64,000 nt of DNA from Eledone cirrhosa (taxonomy: Eukaryota): NCBI GenBank assembly GCA_964016885.1, contig OZ024743.1, positions 284,394,001-284,458,000 of the forward strand. The letters run 5' to 3'. Shown in pieces: positions 26,716 through 38,733 of the stretch; the stretch's first letter is position 1, and each line of letters starts with the position of its first letter. Below the pieces are notes generated by a model. It saw only the letters and a program-made list of their open reading frames with translations, was not told where the DNA came from and did not search any database. A program made the position numbers and the translations under genes.

Positions 26716-26906
26716 GGGCAGTGGTTTGGCAGTATCAGTAGAGTGTTAGAAGCCATGCTTTGCAGCATAGAATTATGGCCCTTTGCGTTCTGAGTTCAAA
26801 TCCCGCTGAAGTTAACTTTGCCTTTATCCTTACGGGGTCGATAAAATAAAGCACCAGTAATGCATTGGGTGTGATTGCTGGCCTTGTGCCAAAAGTAGAA
26901 ACATTA
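26716..26906 (+). mobile_element. SINE family A, full length
   Basis: Full match; TSD TTATTAA(T/C)TCAGAAA. Confidence 0.85.
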
Positions 26907-28534
26907 TTAACTCAGAAATTATTATTAAAAGAAATTTCATTGATGATGTTATAAACTTTTAAAACTGATTTCTTTTAGGTTTATAATTAGTCAGAGAAGG
27001 TGAGGTAAAGAGAAGGTAGACTAGTAGAGTGAAGTGGCTGATGTTTAGTTTGAATATCTGTAGCACAATGTGTAAAAAGAAAAATGTGGGGAAATGTGGA
27101 GGAGGGGGGGGGGGGGGTCAGAAGGAAGCTGTACCATGTAGGAAATATCTGGGGGTTTTTTCTCAAGAGCACAAGTGAAATGATTCATAAGATACTTGTG
27201 TCCCCTTTCACCTGTCACAATCAATCAGATTGCCAGCATATTGCAGGTATTTATCATCATCAACATCATCAAGGAAGTCATTGTAATCACAATTGTTTCT
27301 TTTAGATCTGAGTGGTGACATGTTTCTCTGAAGTGCCATATTTATGGATTTTATTACATCATCAACCATATTCTTCGTCAACTTTGCTAAAGTATACCAA
27401 TGGTGTAAAATTAGACTAATAGACATCTAAAATCAACCTACAGGCTATACGGTATGAGTCACAAGTAACTGAGCAATTTACAATTTTATATTCTAAATGA
27501 TAATATTTACTAAAATTCTGGTCATACATTACAAAATTATAAATACATCAAACAAAAGTAGTTAAAAGAATATAACCATGGTTGATCAGACACAAATAAG
27601 CAGATGTTCAAAACCTTATCTGTGAACCTCACAATAAAAATGCATTGACTGCCCTGTTACTTATAACTCACCCTGTATAGCTGCAAAATATCTTGTGATG
27701 GTCATCTTATCTTTATTAAATACAAAAACAGAAGATTTCCACTTATCAAATGATAGAGGGCTTATTGAGAAATATTTAGCAGCTAAATTGTGTATGTATC
27801 AAGCAACTATTAAGAAACTTCTTCACTGGGTATTTTATCTTTTATTTTTTCATGTTTACTGGGATATCATTACATTATAGAGCCCCCACCCCTTTGGTCA
27901 TGACTGACTATCTGTTTGCACCTGAAAAGTTCCTCTGCAAGGTGCAAGCTTGGGCAAAATGTTTTCTGGAAGACTAACAGTCACCGATGCATGCAAGTCT
28001 ATAACTCTCCATGCCACCAATGTTGTCCAAGGGAAAGACATAGGTTGATACAGCTTGGTACCAGTGACATTACAGGTAACCTCAAAACACAAAAGACCAA
28101 AAGAAATACTACAAGGCATCATGTTTGATGTTCTAATGATTCCACTAATTCAGTCCCCTAATCTATTGACCCTTAAAGGATGAAAAGCAAAGTTGACTTC
28201 AGCAGGATTTGAACTCAGAGCACACAGAGCTCAAACAAATACCATGAAGCATGTTAACCCAATGTTCTAATGGCTTTGTTAATCATGACATTATATACAA
28301 ATTACTGGGAGAAATATAGTAAAAAATATAAGTTGGTGTTAGAAAGAAGCAGCTTGTAATGTATTGAAGAAATCACATGCTAAGTAACACCTCTTCATTT
28401 ATAGCATTCCAACATAATTTACTACTATAATCTCTAAAAGTTTAATCTTATTTTAAAGTTCTGAGTCTAATCCATAATAGTGATAAAAATTTGATCAACC
28501 TTATTCCCACGATAGAGTGTTAGCAATGTCAGAT

Positions 28535-28706
28535 AATAATGTTTCTTTTGGCACAAGGTCAGCAATTACCCCAGTGAATACTGGTGCTTTATTTTATTGA
28601 CTCTGTAAGGATGAAAGGCAAAGTTAACCTCAGCAGATTTGAACCCAGAACGTAAAGGGCCATAACTATGCTGCAAAGCATGGTGTCTGACACTCAACCG
28701 ATGGCC
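28535..28706 (-). mobile_element. SINE family A
   Basis: Reverse-complement match to tail, core and head. Confidence 0.8.
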
Positions 28707-29229
28707 ATGATGACAACCACAAAGATGAGGATAATGAGTGATACAATGAACAATAACTTTGGGTAATTTAACCAGCAGCATACTAAGTTACAGTCATGAC
28801 TTCCTTTTTTTACAGGCATAGATTTCAGGACTTCATCATGCAATGTGTCATTTAGTATATAAATGATGATGGCACTGGTGGTAATGACAATATGAATATA
28901 TGTGTGTATGTATGTATATATATATATACATATATATATGAATATATGTGTAAGGCAGATTGTATGATGCTTGGATACGAACATCAATTGTTACATGGCA
29001 GTGAGACATGGGCATTGTGTGCAATTGGTACAGTATATGGAAGGAATATATTAGGTTAATGCTTGAAATAGCAGGAAGAGGGTCATAACATTTTGGATGC
29101 TAGTCCTTCATCAGAAGAAAGAATGAGAAATAAGATAAATTGAAGGGATGGATGGGTTGGAATTGGAAAAAATGTCTTTAGATAAAAAATAACAGGTCCA
29201 TTCATGTTGACATCTCTTGGAAAACATGA

Positions 29230-29236
29230 ATATATA

Positions 29237-29299
<63 letters not shown>

Positions 29300-29398
29300 G
29301 AAATATATATATATATATATGAATATATGTGTGTATATATATATATATGAATATGTGTGTATATATATATGGAGAGAGAGAGAGAGAGGGGGAGAGAG
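29230..29398. repeat. Compound (TA)n/(TG)n/(GA)n microsatellite
   Basis: Directly visible. Confidence 0.95.
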
Positions 29399-32300
29399 AA
29401 CTAAAAGAGTGATCAAGTGCCAGAATGGCGGGGGTGGCCAGCCAGTATATTTAATATATTCTGAATATATGTGGGAAGTGTTAGAAAATAATTTGCTTTA
29501 ACAATAAGAATTTTAATCTTCATTTTGCATAATTGAATGAAGGAAGACTTGCTTTTATTTCATAAAAACAAAAGATGAAACCAGGAAATACATTGTCAAG
29601 CCATGAAGTCCAATTGAGTCAAAATCTGACAAGCTGGATGGTTGTAAAATATAAAAACAAATGAACGGGAGGAGGAGGTAGTGAAATATTGGCAGAAAGT
29701 TCGTTGTTGGGGAAACATTTTCTTTTCTTTTCCATCTGTCATTTTTTAATTTATTGAAAAATATATTATTATTACTATTATTGTTGTTGTTGTTGTTATT
29801 ATTATTAGTAGTGTTGTTGTTGTTATTGTTATGGGTGGAGGATGGCAGAAATAAGTAAAGTGTTGAACAAATTCCATAACAGTATTGAGTTATGCTTCCT
29901 TATGTTCTGTGATCAATTCTTACTGGAGTTGACTTTAATTTTCAGCCTTCTAAAGAAGTATTAAAGCAACATTGCAGTCAATCTAATGGATTGTATCCTT
30001 CCACAAATGTGTGGCCTTGAGCCTATGTTACTTGAGCTATCTAGGGAACCTCTTCAAAATAATGATAACAATAATTATATGGATTTTTTTATTTTCAATA
30101 ATAACAATGATTTTTATCATTCAGTTTATTACGTTCTACAGCAAGTGAGACACTGTGTGTAAAACATCTCCATTTAAAGATGAGAGGCACTTAATAACCA
30201 TTGTAGATTATCTTGTGAGAAAAAAAATCATTTCTGTTTGTTCAACTACTATGAACCTAATGAGGGATCCTATATTTGATTATTCAACCTACTAAAATAG
30301 CAACCAGATATCCCTCAAATCACACCCTACCATCTTAAAACATGAAGAAGGACATGCTGGACAATGTAGTACCTTATATATAAAATAGGATGCTCATAGT
30401 TAGAAAGTCTTTGATTGTAAGTTTGCTGTATCAAAGTTAACCTGTTGTTAAACAACATTAATATCAATGTGCTTTTGAACATAAAATCTTTGGCTGTGTT
30501 TTCATTCCTAATCACTTATAGGCAACATTAATGTCACTCAGTTATCTTTGTGTCACTAGACCAAGAAAAACCTAAACCAATGATTAAGAATGTCCTTCCT
30601 CTCTTTCCTTCTCATCAGAATAAATAATTAAGTAATATTGATTTTAATACCACCACCACCAGTAGCAATTCTATAACTACATTCAGTATCACCTCCATCT
30701 CCAACATTGTTATATTGGTTATGATTATTATTGAGTGACAAAAAAAGTAAGGTACCAGACTAAATGGTCACATCCCTTTATGATCAAAGTTCAAGATCTG
30801 CTAGGTTTGACTATGTCTTTTATTCCTTGTAGTCAATCAACTATAATCGTCCACTATATTTGTTATCAATATGTCCATCCATGCTGTAATGTGGACATGT
30901 AGGTAACACGGTAAAAAGTTCCCAGTCCACACTGTAAATGTGGTTGGTGTTAGGAAGGGCATCCAGCCATAGAAAACCTGTCAGATAGTCCTATACGAGC
31001 AAGACACGGACACCCGACCAATCTTGCCTCAAGTGGGACAACTCCTCCCGTCTAACCCCTGCTAGCGTGGAAGATAGACGTTAAACGATGATTATGATGA
31101 TGTCAATGTCTTGTGTTTCCAGCCTCAAAATTTTATCGTATTTTTCCTCCTCAGGGACTCCAACATTTACTCACATGCTACTCACAAGTATTGATATACA
31201 GAACTTAACACTGCACATTAACTATGCCAGCTTCACTTGTTTCAGAAGGCCTGCCTTCTTCAGACACATACATAATAAATATAAAGGAATGATCTCAGTA
31301 AACAGGTAATTGACTCTAATGAACCAGCTATACATTGTTAGGTATCAGTTATACTTGATATTGGAATAGTAACATATTTTAATGTGACAACTTGTATTAT
31401 TGGATGTGTAACATATAAAGACCCTTCTCAGAAACCAAACACAACTTGGTGTTACTTGAGCAATCTAGGGAACTTCTTCATGATTATTGGATTATTGAAA
31501 ATGGTAGCCATCTGTCCCTCAAAACACTGCCTACAATCGTAAAAAAACATGAGATACTCATTAGATAGTGAATTCTTGAACTTACTGTGTTTGAATAAAA
31601 GATAAGATATGGCTTGGTCATAGGTCTCCATATTCGGAACTGATATGGTGCTAAACAACTTGGCATTACTAATGATTTGGTGAAAACCACAAACATCACA
31701 TTTACACATTTTCCTCTTTCTTGGAATTTTTTAAAAATTACTAAAGAAATCATTAATATAACTAAAATTAAAATGTTAAATAATTAATTTTGGATTCCAG
31801 TTTTCAATCACATGTTTTTCTTTCCCCTTCTTTGCACAAACATATGGCCTCCTATCTCTTTCTTTCTTTTTGTTTCACCCCCTTTCTGAGTTTTTCCTGT
31901 CTCTATCAGTATTTTTCAGACATGTTAACACTGTTTTCTCTTTCTTTCTCTCTCTCAGTAACTCCTCCAAGTTTTTGAACAAACACATGTCCAGTCTCCT
32001 ACATATATGCTCCCCATTTTTCTCCATCTCCAACACAGAAAACCACATTCTTTATTTCATTTCCTTTCTTTCACACATACATGTATATGCTCTAACTCAT
32101 ACATAAAACCACATTCTCTAACATACATACACACTTGCACAAACTTTCTCTTTCTCACACACTCCTTTTCACACACACTTGCTCCAACTTTCTCTCACTT
32201 TCACACACACTCCCTTTCATGCACACACAAATACTAACACATACACCATCCCCCAAACATATTCTTGTAGAGGGAGAGAAAGAGAGAGAGAAATTGACTC

Positions 32301-32887
32301 TCTTAAATACACATACTTTCTCCCCCAAAAGAAGCAATTGAAACACTGTTTATATATGAATCACCTCACTTGCCAAGCAAATATTTAAGTTGATCTGTTA
32401 ATACTGAAGTTGTTGACGGATGAATTGAACACCAAGAAAAAAAATTTTTCAAGTCACCTTATTGTTTTAAAATTGGTCTTTTTATTATTATTATCATCAT
32501 TTCTAGTAGTAGTTGTAGTAGCAGTAGTAATAATACTTCTACTAGCACTACCATTAATATTGTGACTTTTACTGATTATTTCTTTCCTTTTGTTAACATC
32601 TGCCATCATGCTTTAGTGCAACCTAACAACTTCGCAGTTTGCCTTAACATCGGCTGCACTTGTAATCGAAACAAAAACTCTGTAGGAATAAAATATATGA
32701 AACAAGAAAGTGGCATATAATAAAACATATAAGATGGCAAAATATAACAGAAGAAAGTAGAGAGAGATTTCACCCCCAAACAAAAACATGAAAAGAATGA
32801 TGAGAGGGAGAGAGAAATAAATTTTGATTCTGGTTCTCAATCTAATAAATAGATATAGAAAGGATCATAAACAAAAATTCAACTTAC

Positions 32888-32993
32888 CAGTGTCATATTG
32901 ATTTCGTTGGTGTCATATTCAGGATGTGGTGTAAATATTGCCAGTGCTACACAGTTTGCAAAGATGGTGATGAGAATAAGAGCTTCAAAAGCT
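32888..32993 (-). CDS. Internal exon of an L-type voltage-gated Ca2+ channel alpha-1 subunit (Cav1, CACNA1C/D-like), domain I S1 helix and S1-S2 loop
   Basis: Minus strand reads A GCT TTT GAA GCT CTT ATT CTC ATC ACC ATC TTT GCA AAC TGT GTA GCA CTG GCA ATA TTT ACA CCA CAT CCT GAA TAT GAC ACC AAC GAA ATC AAT ATG ACA CTG|GTAAGT = (K)[35 protein letters not shown]. This matches the recalled Cav1 IS1 motif [30 protein letters not shown]. Strong GTAAGT donor in phase 0. Not in the ORF track. Confidence 0.95.
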
Positions 32994-33012
32994 GTGGCAA
33001 AGAGTTAAGGAA
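32994..33012 (-). promoter_or_regulatory. U12-type (minor spliceosome) branch point and AC 3' splice site
   Basis: Minus strand TTCCTTAAC-TCTTTGCC-AC|exon. TTCCTTAAC is the U12 branch consensus, about 10 nt from the intron end, and an AT-AC intron at this WK/PF position is known in Cav alpha-1 genes. Confidence 0.88.
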
Positions 33013-33373
33013 TTTTTTGAAGACAAAGAAAAAAAATGTCTAAAAGAAATTTAAAAAAATGTGAAGGGGGACAGACAAAAAAGAAATAATTTCAAATGAG
33101 AAATATAAAAAGAAAATGAATGTATATAGTCTTCATAGTATTAACCTCGATAAAATACAAGCATTCTGTTGTTCATCTTCAGAAACAATGGTTCAGGAAA
33201 TTCTATTGAAACAATTCAAATAATACAATTAATTTACTTTATAGACAATGAGTTCACACTTAAATGAATATAAAAGAAAAAATATATATAAACACATATG
33301 TATAGACATGATGGATGTGTGACACAAACATGCGTGCATTTTTTAAAGGCTTAAATGATTATATATATAATTT

Positions 33374-33766
33374 CATCATCATCATCACCGTTTTACGTCC
33401 ATTCTTCCACGCTAGCATGGGTTAGATGGGTTGTCCTGTTGTGGGCAGTGTCCAGTTGGCTGACCTTGTCTTGCTCATACAGGAACTGATTCTGGCTTGA
33501 TTTCTACAGCTGGATGCCCTTCCTAACACCAACCTCATTTACAGTGAGTGCTGGGTGCTTTTTTGCCATGGCACCTCCACGACCACTTTGCAGTGGACTG
33601 ATAGGAACCCCAGTCCTATCATCTCATTTCTACAGCTGAGTAAACTGGAGCAATGTGAAATAAAGTGTCTTGCTCAAGGAAACAACACATCACCCGGTCC
33701 GAGAAATGAACTCACAACTTTTCGATTGCAAGCCCAATGCTCTAACCACTAAGCCATGCGCCTTCA
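33374..33766 (-). mobile_element. SINE family B, full length (longer tail variant)
   Basis: Same head and core; tail as at 19202-19400. Confidence 0.88.
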
Positions 33767-34879
33767 CTTTATGTGGAAAATTTATATACATATATATATA
33801 TACACACACACGTTAATATTCAACCCAATTAAGGTAGGGCTTACAACCCTATTAGAGGTCAGTGTAGTGTAGATACGAATATCCCATTGAAACAGACTGA
33901 AATTTGTTTATGTGGAAAAGTGGTATCTTATTACATGTCGCTGAGTATTCAAAAACTATAGTCAGATATATAAGGTTGAACAATGAAAATATAAAAGACA
34001 AGGTTTAGTACTTAATTAATCCATTTTTGTACGATTTATATTATCAATATATTGACTAATTGATAGCAGTTTTCCAACTCCTTAGTATTAGCCCCAATAA
34101 AATACATCAATTCTGTTGGTCATCCTCAGAAACAATGGTTCAGGAAATTTTCCTGAAATAATTCAAATCATACAGATAAAGGACACTTGGAGTTATTCAC
34201 ATAGCCTAGATATCCCCATGTGTCTTTTGTAGTTATGTAAACTAAGGCAAATACACTGAAATGTTTTAATGAAACTTTGTGAATAAGAATATGAACTGAT
34301 AAAAGTTCACAGAATTTTATCTTTTATACAGAGTGAGTAAAATAACAAAATTTTATACACACATAAATGTATATATATAATCATTTTACATCTCCTTTTC
34401 CATGCTAGTATGGGTTGGATATGTTGTTACAGACCAAGTCTGTACTTAGCCAAAGCTATGATTCTCATAGTGACCGAGGCCATATATTGCTTACATACGT
34501 ATTGGCATGGTTTCTACAGCTGGATATTCTTTCTAAAGCCAACCATTTTACAGAGTGTACTGAGTGGTTTTTATTGTGGCAACAGTACTAGGCAGGATGT
34601 CATCTCTTTAACACAACTGAAAAGTCCTCTCAACCCTTTTGACATGCTTTCTATAGCTGGATGTCCTTTCTAATACAAACCACTTTACAGAGTGTACTGG
34701 GTGCTTTTATCATGGCACCAGCACTAGAGAGGTTATCATGTATTTGACTTGTCTGAAGAGCCTTCCTACAATACATACTTCTGGGAGTGCATTTTATAGT
34801 GGTACCAGAATTAGGGGGGTTACCTTGTTCCAAGGTAAACATGTTGAAGAGTGAAAATATATAAAGAAATGGAGGTTAA

Positions 34880-36822
34880 AAGGGAAAGCTTCTGGAACGG
34901 TGGGACACACTATGGTCACCCGGATAGTAAACCAAGTCATACAGAATGGGGTCGTTCCGAAGGACTGGCGTAGCAGCATCATCATTAACTGTTACAAGGG
35001 TAAAGGAGATGCCCTAGATAGGGGTAACTATAGAGGCATTAAATTAATCGACCAGGTCATGAAGGTCACAGAAAAAGTAATAACGCAACTAATCAGAGAG
35101 CGAATTGATCTAGATGAAATGCAGTTCGGGTTTGTGTCAGGTAAAAGTACCACAGACGCTCTTTTCATTGTACGACAACTACAGGAGAAGTACCTAGCTA
35201 AAAGTAAACCCCTATACTTAGCTTTTGTTGACTTGGAGAAAGCCTTTGACAGAGTCCCCCGCTCCATTATCTGGTGAGCTCTTAGAAAACTAGGTGTTGA
35301 TGAATGGCTTGTGAGAGCTATACAAGCCATGTATAAAGAAACAGTCAGCAAGGTTAGAATTAACAACGAATATAGTGAAGAGTTTAGCGTAAAAGTTGGT
35401 GTTCATCAAGGCTCCGTCCTTAGCCCCTTCCTATTTATTATTGCCCTTCAGGCTATAACAGAGGAGTTCAAGACCGGCTGCCCATGGGAACTCCTATACG
35501 CAGATGATCTAACGCTCATAGCTGAATCAATGGCCGAACTAGAGAAGAAACTCCAAACATGGAAGCATGGCCTAGAATCAAAAGGCCTTAAAATTAACCT
35601 GTCTAAGACTAAAGTTCTAGTTTGTAGGAAGGAAAATAGGGCACCAGTCCCATCTGGGAAATGGCCATGCTCAGTGTGTAGGAAAGGAGTAGGCAGAAAC
35701 TCCATTTTATGTCCCAAATGCAAAGTATGGGTGCATAAAAGATGTAGTGGGATCACAGGTAAGCTAACTAAGAATATAGATTTTATATGTGGCCGGTGCT
35801 CTGGTGCAATAAGTAGCAGCAAGTGCCCATAGAATACTAGCTCATTCCATTGCACAGATGGTTCTATAGAAATAGTGGACACCTTCCGTTACCTGGGTGA
35901 CAAAATCAGCAGTGGTGGAGGGTGCTCTGAAAGTACAGTAGCTAGAGTCAGAACTGGATGGAAAAAGTTCAGAGAGCTTATACCACTATTAGCTGCTAAA
36001 GGGTTCTCTCTAAAAATGAAAGACAGGCTGTATGATGCCTGCATACGAACAGCAATGTTACATGGCAGTGAGACCTGGGCATTGTGTGCAGAGGATATAC
36101 GCAGACTGGAGAGGAACGAAGCTTGCATGCTCCGCTGGATGTGTAATAGTAATATACGTGAACGGCAAAGCATAAACGAACTAAAGGAGAAATTAGGAAT
36201 AAGAGGGATCAGATGTTGTTTACTCGAGAGAACACTACGTTGGTATGGTCACGTGATGCGCATGAAAGATGACAGCTGTATAAAACAGTGCAGGGCGATA
36301 AAAATAGACGGTCGCCACGGAGTAGGCAGACCCAGAAAAACCTGGGACGACTTGATAAATTCCAACCTCACACCTCACCAAGACAATGTCACTGGACCGA
36401 GATCTTTGACGCTACACAGTAATACAGAAGACCTGCCTTGCCTAAGTACAAAGCGAAACCTACAGCCAGTAGGCACCTCTAACAAAAATACAACTCCGTC
36501 CCACTACCCCCACCCCACCACACCACCCCTTTCAATGTAAAGTTATGTTGGTACCACAACATCCAGTCCGAAACAAATGAGGTCGTGTAGGTGTCACGAC
36601 AGAAAAACACACAGTCCACGCTGTAATGTGGCCGTGTAGGTAACACGGTAAAAACCTCCCAGTCCAAACTGTAAACGTGGTTGGTGTTAGGAAGGGCATC
36701 CAGCCATAGAAAACCCACCAGATAGTCCTATACGAGCAAGACAACCAATCTTGCCTCAAGTGGGAAAATTCCCGTCCAAACCCATGCTAGCGTGGAAGAT
36801 GGACGTTAAACGATGATGATGA
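34880..36822 (+). mobile_element. 5'-truncated RTE-clade LINE (RT C-terminal part and 3' UTR ending in (GAT)n)
   Basis: Three ORFs in the same frame with RT motifs. The ORF end is followed by the 3' tail shared with local SINEs and ends ...GGACGTTAAACGATGATGATGAT. Confidence 0.93.
34900..36480 (+). pseudogene. Disrupted RTE reverse transcriptase ORF with embedded PHD-like zinc finger
   Basis: Motifs KGKGD..NYRGIKL, QFGF, FVDLEKAFDRVPR, GVHQGSVLSP, YADD, FRYLG, LRWYGHV, GRPRKTW. In-frame stops at 35275-35277 (TGA) and 35830-35832 (TAG), and a probable frameshift near 36360. Confidence 0.92.
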
Positions 36823-37028
36823 TATATATATAGAGAGAGAGAGAGAAAGAAAGAGAATGTGGGAGAGAAAATGAGATGCAGACGTACAAATATGTAGATG
36901 AAGACATTAAAATGCAGTTGGGTAAATTGGTAGTAAAATTAAACAGTCTAGAAGAGAAATAGTTGGATGGGTGGAGCGAAATTTAGATGCGTCTCTCTCT
37001 CTCTCTATTTATATATATATATATATAT

Positions 37029-37103
37029 GGGAACCAGTAAGACCCCGACAGCTGAGCTCAAGCCGTTTCGACGGCTCTGGTTCCCTACCACATTTCCTTC
37101 GTT
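37029..37103. mobile_element. Short hairpin element related to the 10330/44060 family, inserted in (TA)n
   Basis: GACCCCGACAGCTGAGCTCAAGCCGTTTCGACGGCT enclosed by GGGAACCAG/CTGGTTCCC, with (TA)n on both sides. Confidence 0.65.
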
Positions 37104-38004
37104 ATATATATATATATATATAAATATATATATAAAGGGGGGGGGGGAGAGATAAAACAACAAAGAATGTTTAATCTTCCTGTGAAAGACACTGAAGAAA
37201 GTGTAAGAAGACAAAATAAAGTTAAAGGCCTCCTGCTAGTTTTCAATTGATGTGAAAGTTAACTGAAGCCACATCTAAATATGTAACAAACAAAATTTAA
37301 CAAATGGCAAGGTATCAAACTCTCCATGCCACAAACTGTTTTTTTTTTTACATACAACTGGTAACAAAAAAAAAAAAAAATTGCTGTTGATGTTACTGTA
37401 ATTTTTAATGACTTTTATGATATATTTTTTTGGTTTCCACTTTTTTCTCTCTAGCTTACATATTTTTTGTTTGTTTCTAGGAGTTCATGAAAAAGCTATG
37501 GATATCTAAACATTTTAAAAAAGGCTAGGAATTCTAAAAGTTGGCAGAGAATAATAATTTGTTATGACTACTTGTACAGAATCTGTAAGAATATCATATG
37601 TGCAGTTTATAAAATATGTGTTGACAAATGTACAGACATATGCACATGCAGATAGAAGATGGAGTTTGTAAAGTAACTTAAATACACAGACAGTTGGATT
37701 ATGTCTAGTTTATGGAAGGAAGTTGGACAAATCTAACCAACATCTGTAGTTGTTTACAAAAGGTTATTCAAAAGTACTTTTTATCTGAAATTCTTTCTTT
37801 AAAGTGTTAGGTAGATAAGAAAATGAGAATTTCAAGGGTGAGAAGATTTTGTAATGTACAAAAGGTAAAGAGAAAAAAGAGTAAGAAAATAGCAGAGGTA
37901 AAATACTACTAAGGTACAGACATGGCTGTTTGTTTCATTTACTTTGTAACTAAATGGCTCTGGTTTCACTGCATGGCATCTTGGACAGTCTTCTACTGTG
38001 TAGC

Positions 38005-38228
38005 TTAACCCGTTCAAACCGACCAAAACCGGCCAGAATTCTCTACCTCTTTCTGTTGAAACTGGCTGTAACCGGTTGCTCCAACTGATGTTAAGGTATT
38101 GTTCTCAAAATAAATACTTTCAAAATCTCATAGATTCGATATTATGTGAGATAATTATGTGAGGTAAAGCCTTTACCATGAAAATATAATAGTATATATA
38201 GAGTAATGTAAATGCTAAATGCTAAAGC
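38005..38228. mobile_element. piggyBac-like MITE copy with variant ends
   Basis: Interior matches the family; left TTAACCCGTTC, right end degenerate. Confidence 0.75.
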
Positions 38229-38419
38229 CAGTGCCTCATGAAGAGACTTGGTAGATGAAAACTGTACAGAGGCCAGCCATATATATATATATGTAGGAGG
38301 TGAGTTTTATTGTAGTACAATAAAGCAATGCAGATATCGGATAAGAAGCACTCTACAGTTTGTAGGACTGGAGTATACATAATATATAAGAACAAAAGAT
38401 GGTTAAAAGAGTTCCATGT

Positions 38420-38488
38420 ATTTTATTATGCGCATTTCAAAAACAAATATCATCATGCAATAATATTTGTGTTTTCATCAGATAAAAC
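38420..38488 (-). ncRNA. Type I hammerhead ribozyme with long stem II and palindromic stem III
   Basis: Minus strand GTTTTAT-CTGATGA-AAACACAAATATTATT-GCAT-GATGATATTTGTTTTT-GAA-ATGCGCAT-A-ATAAAAT. Stem I 7 bp, stem II ~15 bp, stem III ATGCGCAT self-complementary, AUA cleavage triplet. Confidence 0.85.
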
Positions 38489-38654
38489 AGGAAGACATGA
38501 TATGAAGGTTAAAAAACACTTGTGGATAGTGCAGTTTTAAATCAACATATATATATATAGTGGTAGAACACTGGAAGGTAATATCCGTAGTGGTAGAGCA
38601 CTCAGTTCATGGGACGAGTTAGGTAGAAGTGGTTACACAACAGTTAGTTCACCA

Positions 38655-38695
38655 TACCGAGAACAATTGTTTCACCTTAGCAGATCCTCAGCTCG

Positions 38696-38697
<2 letters not shown>
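38655..38697 (-). ncRNA. Minimal hammerhead-like motif (slightly degenerate)
   Basis: Minus strand TACGAG-CTGAGGA-TCTGCTAAGGT-GAA-ACAATTGT-T-CTCGGTA. Palindromic stem III ACAATTGT, stem I CGAG/CTCG, stem II register imperfect. Confidence 0.62.

Positions 38698-38733
<36 letters not shown>

Noticed and set aside
35028-36173. Minus-strand ORFs over the LINE
   Set aside because: Antisense shadows of the RT reading frame.
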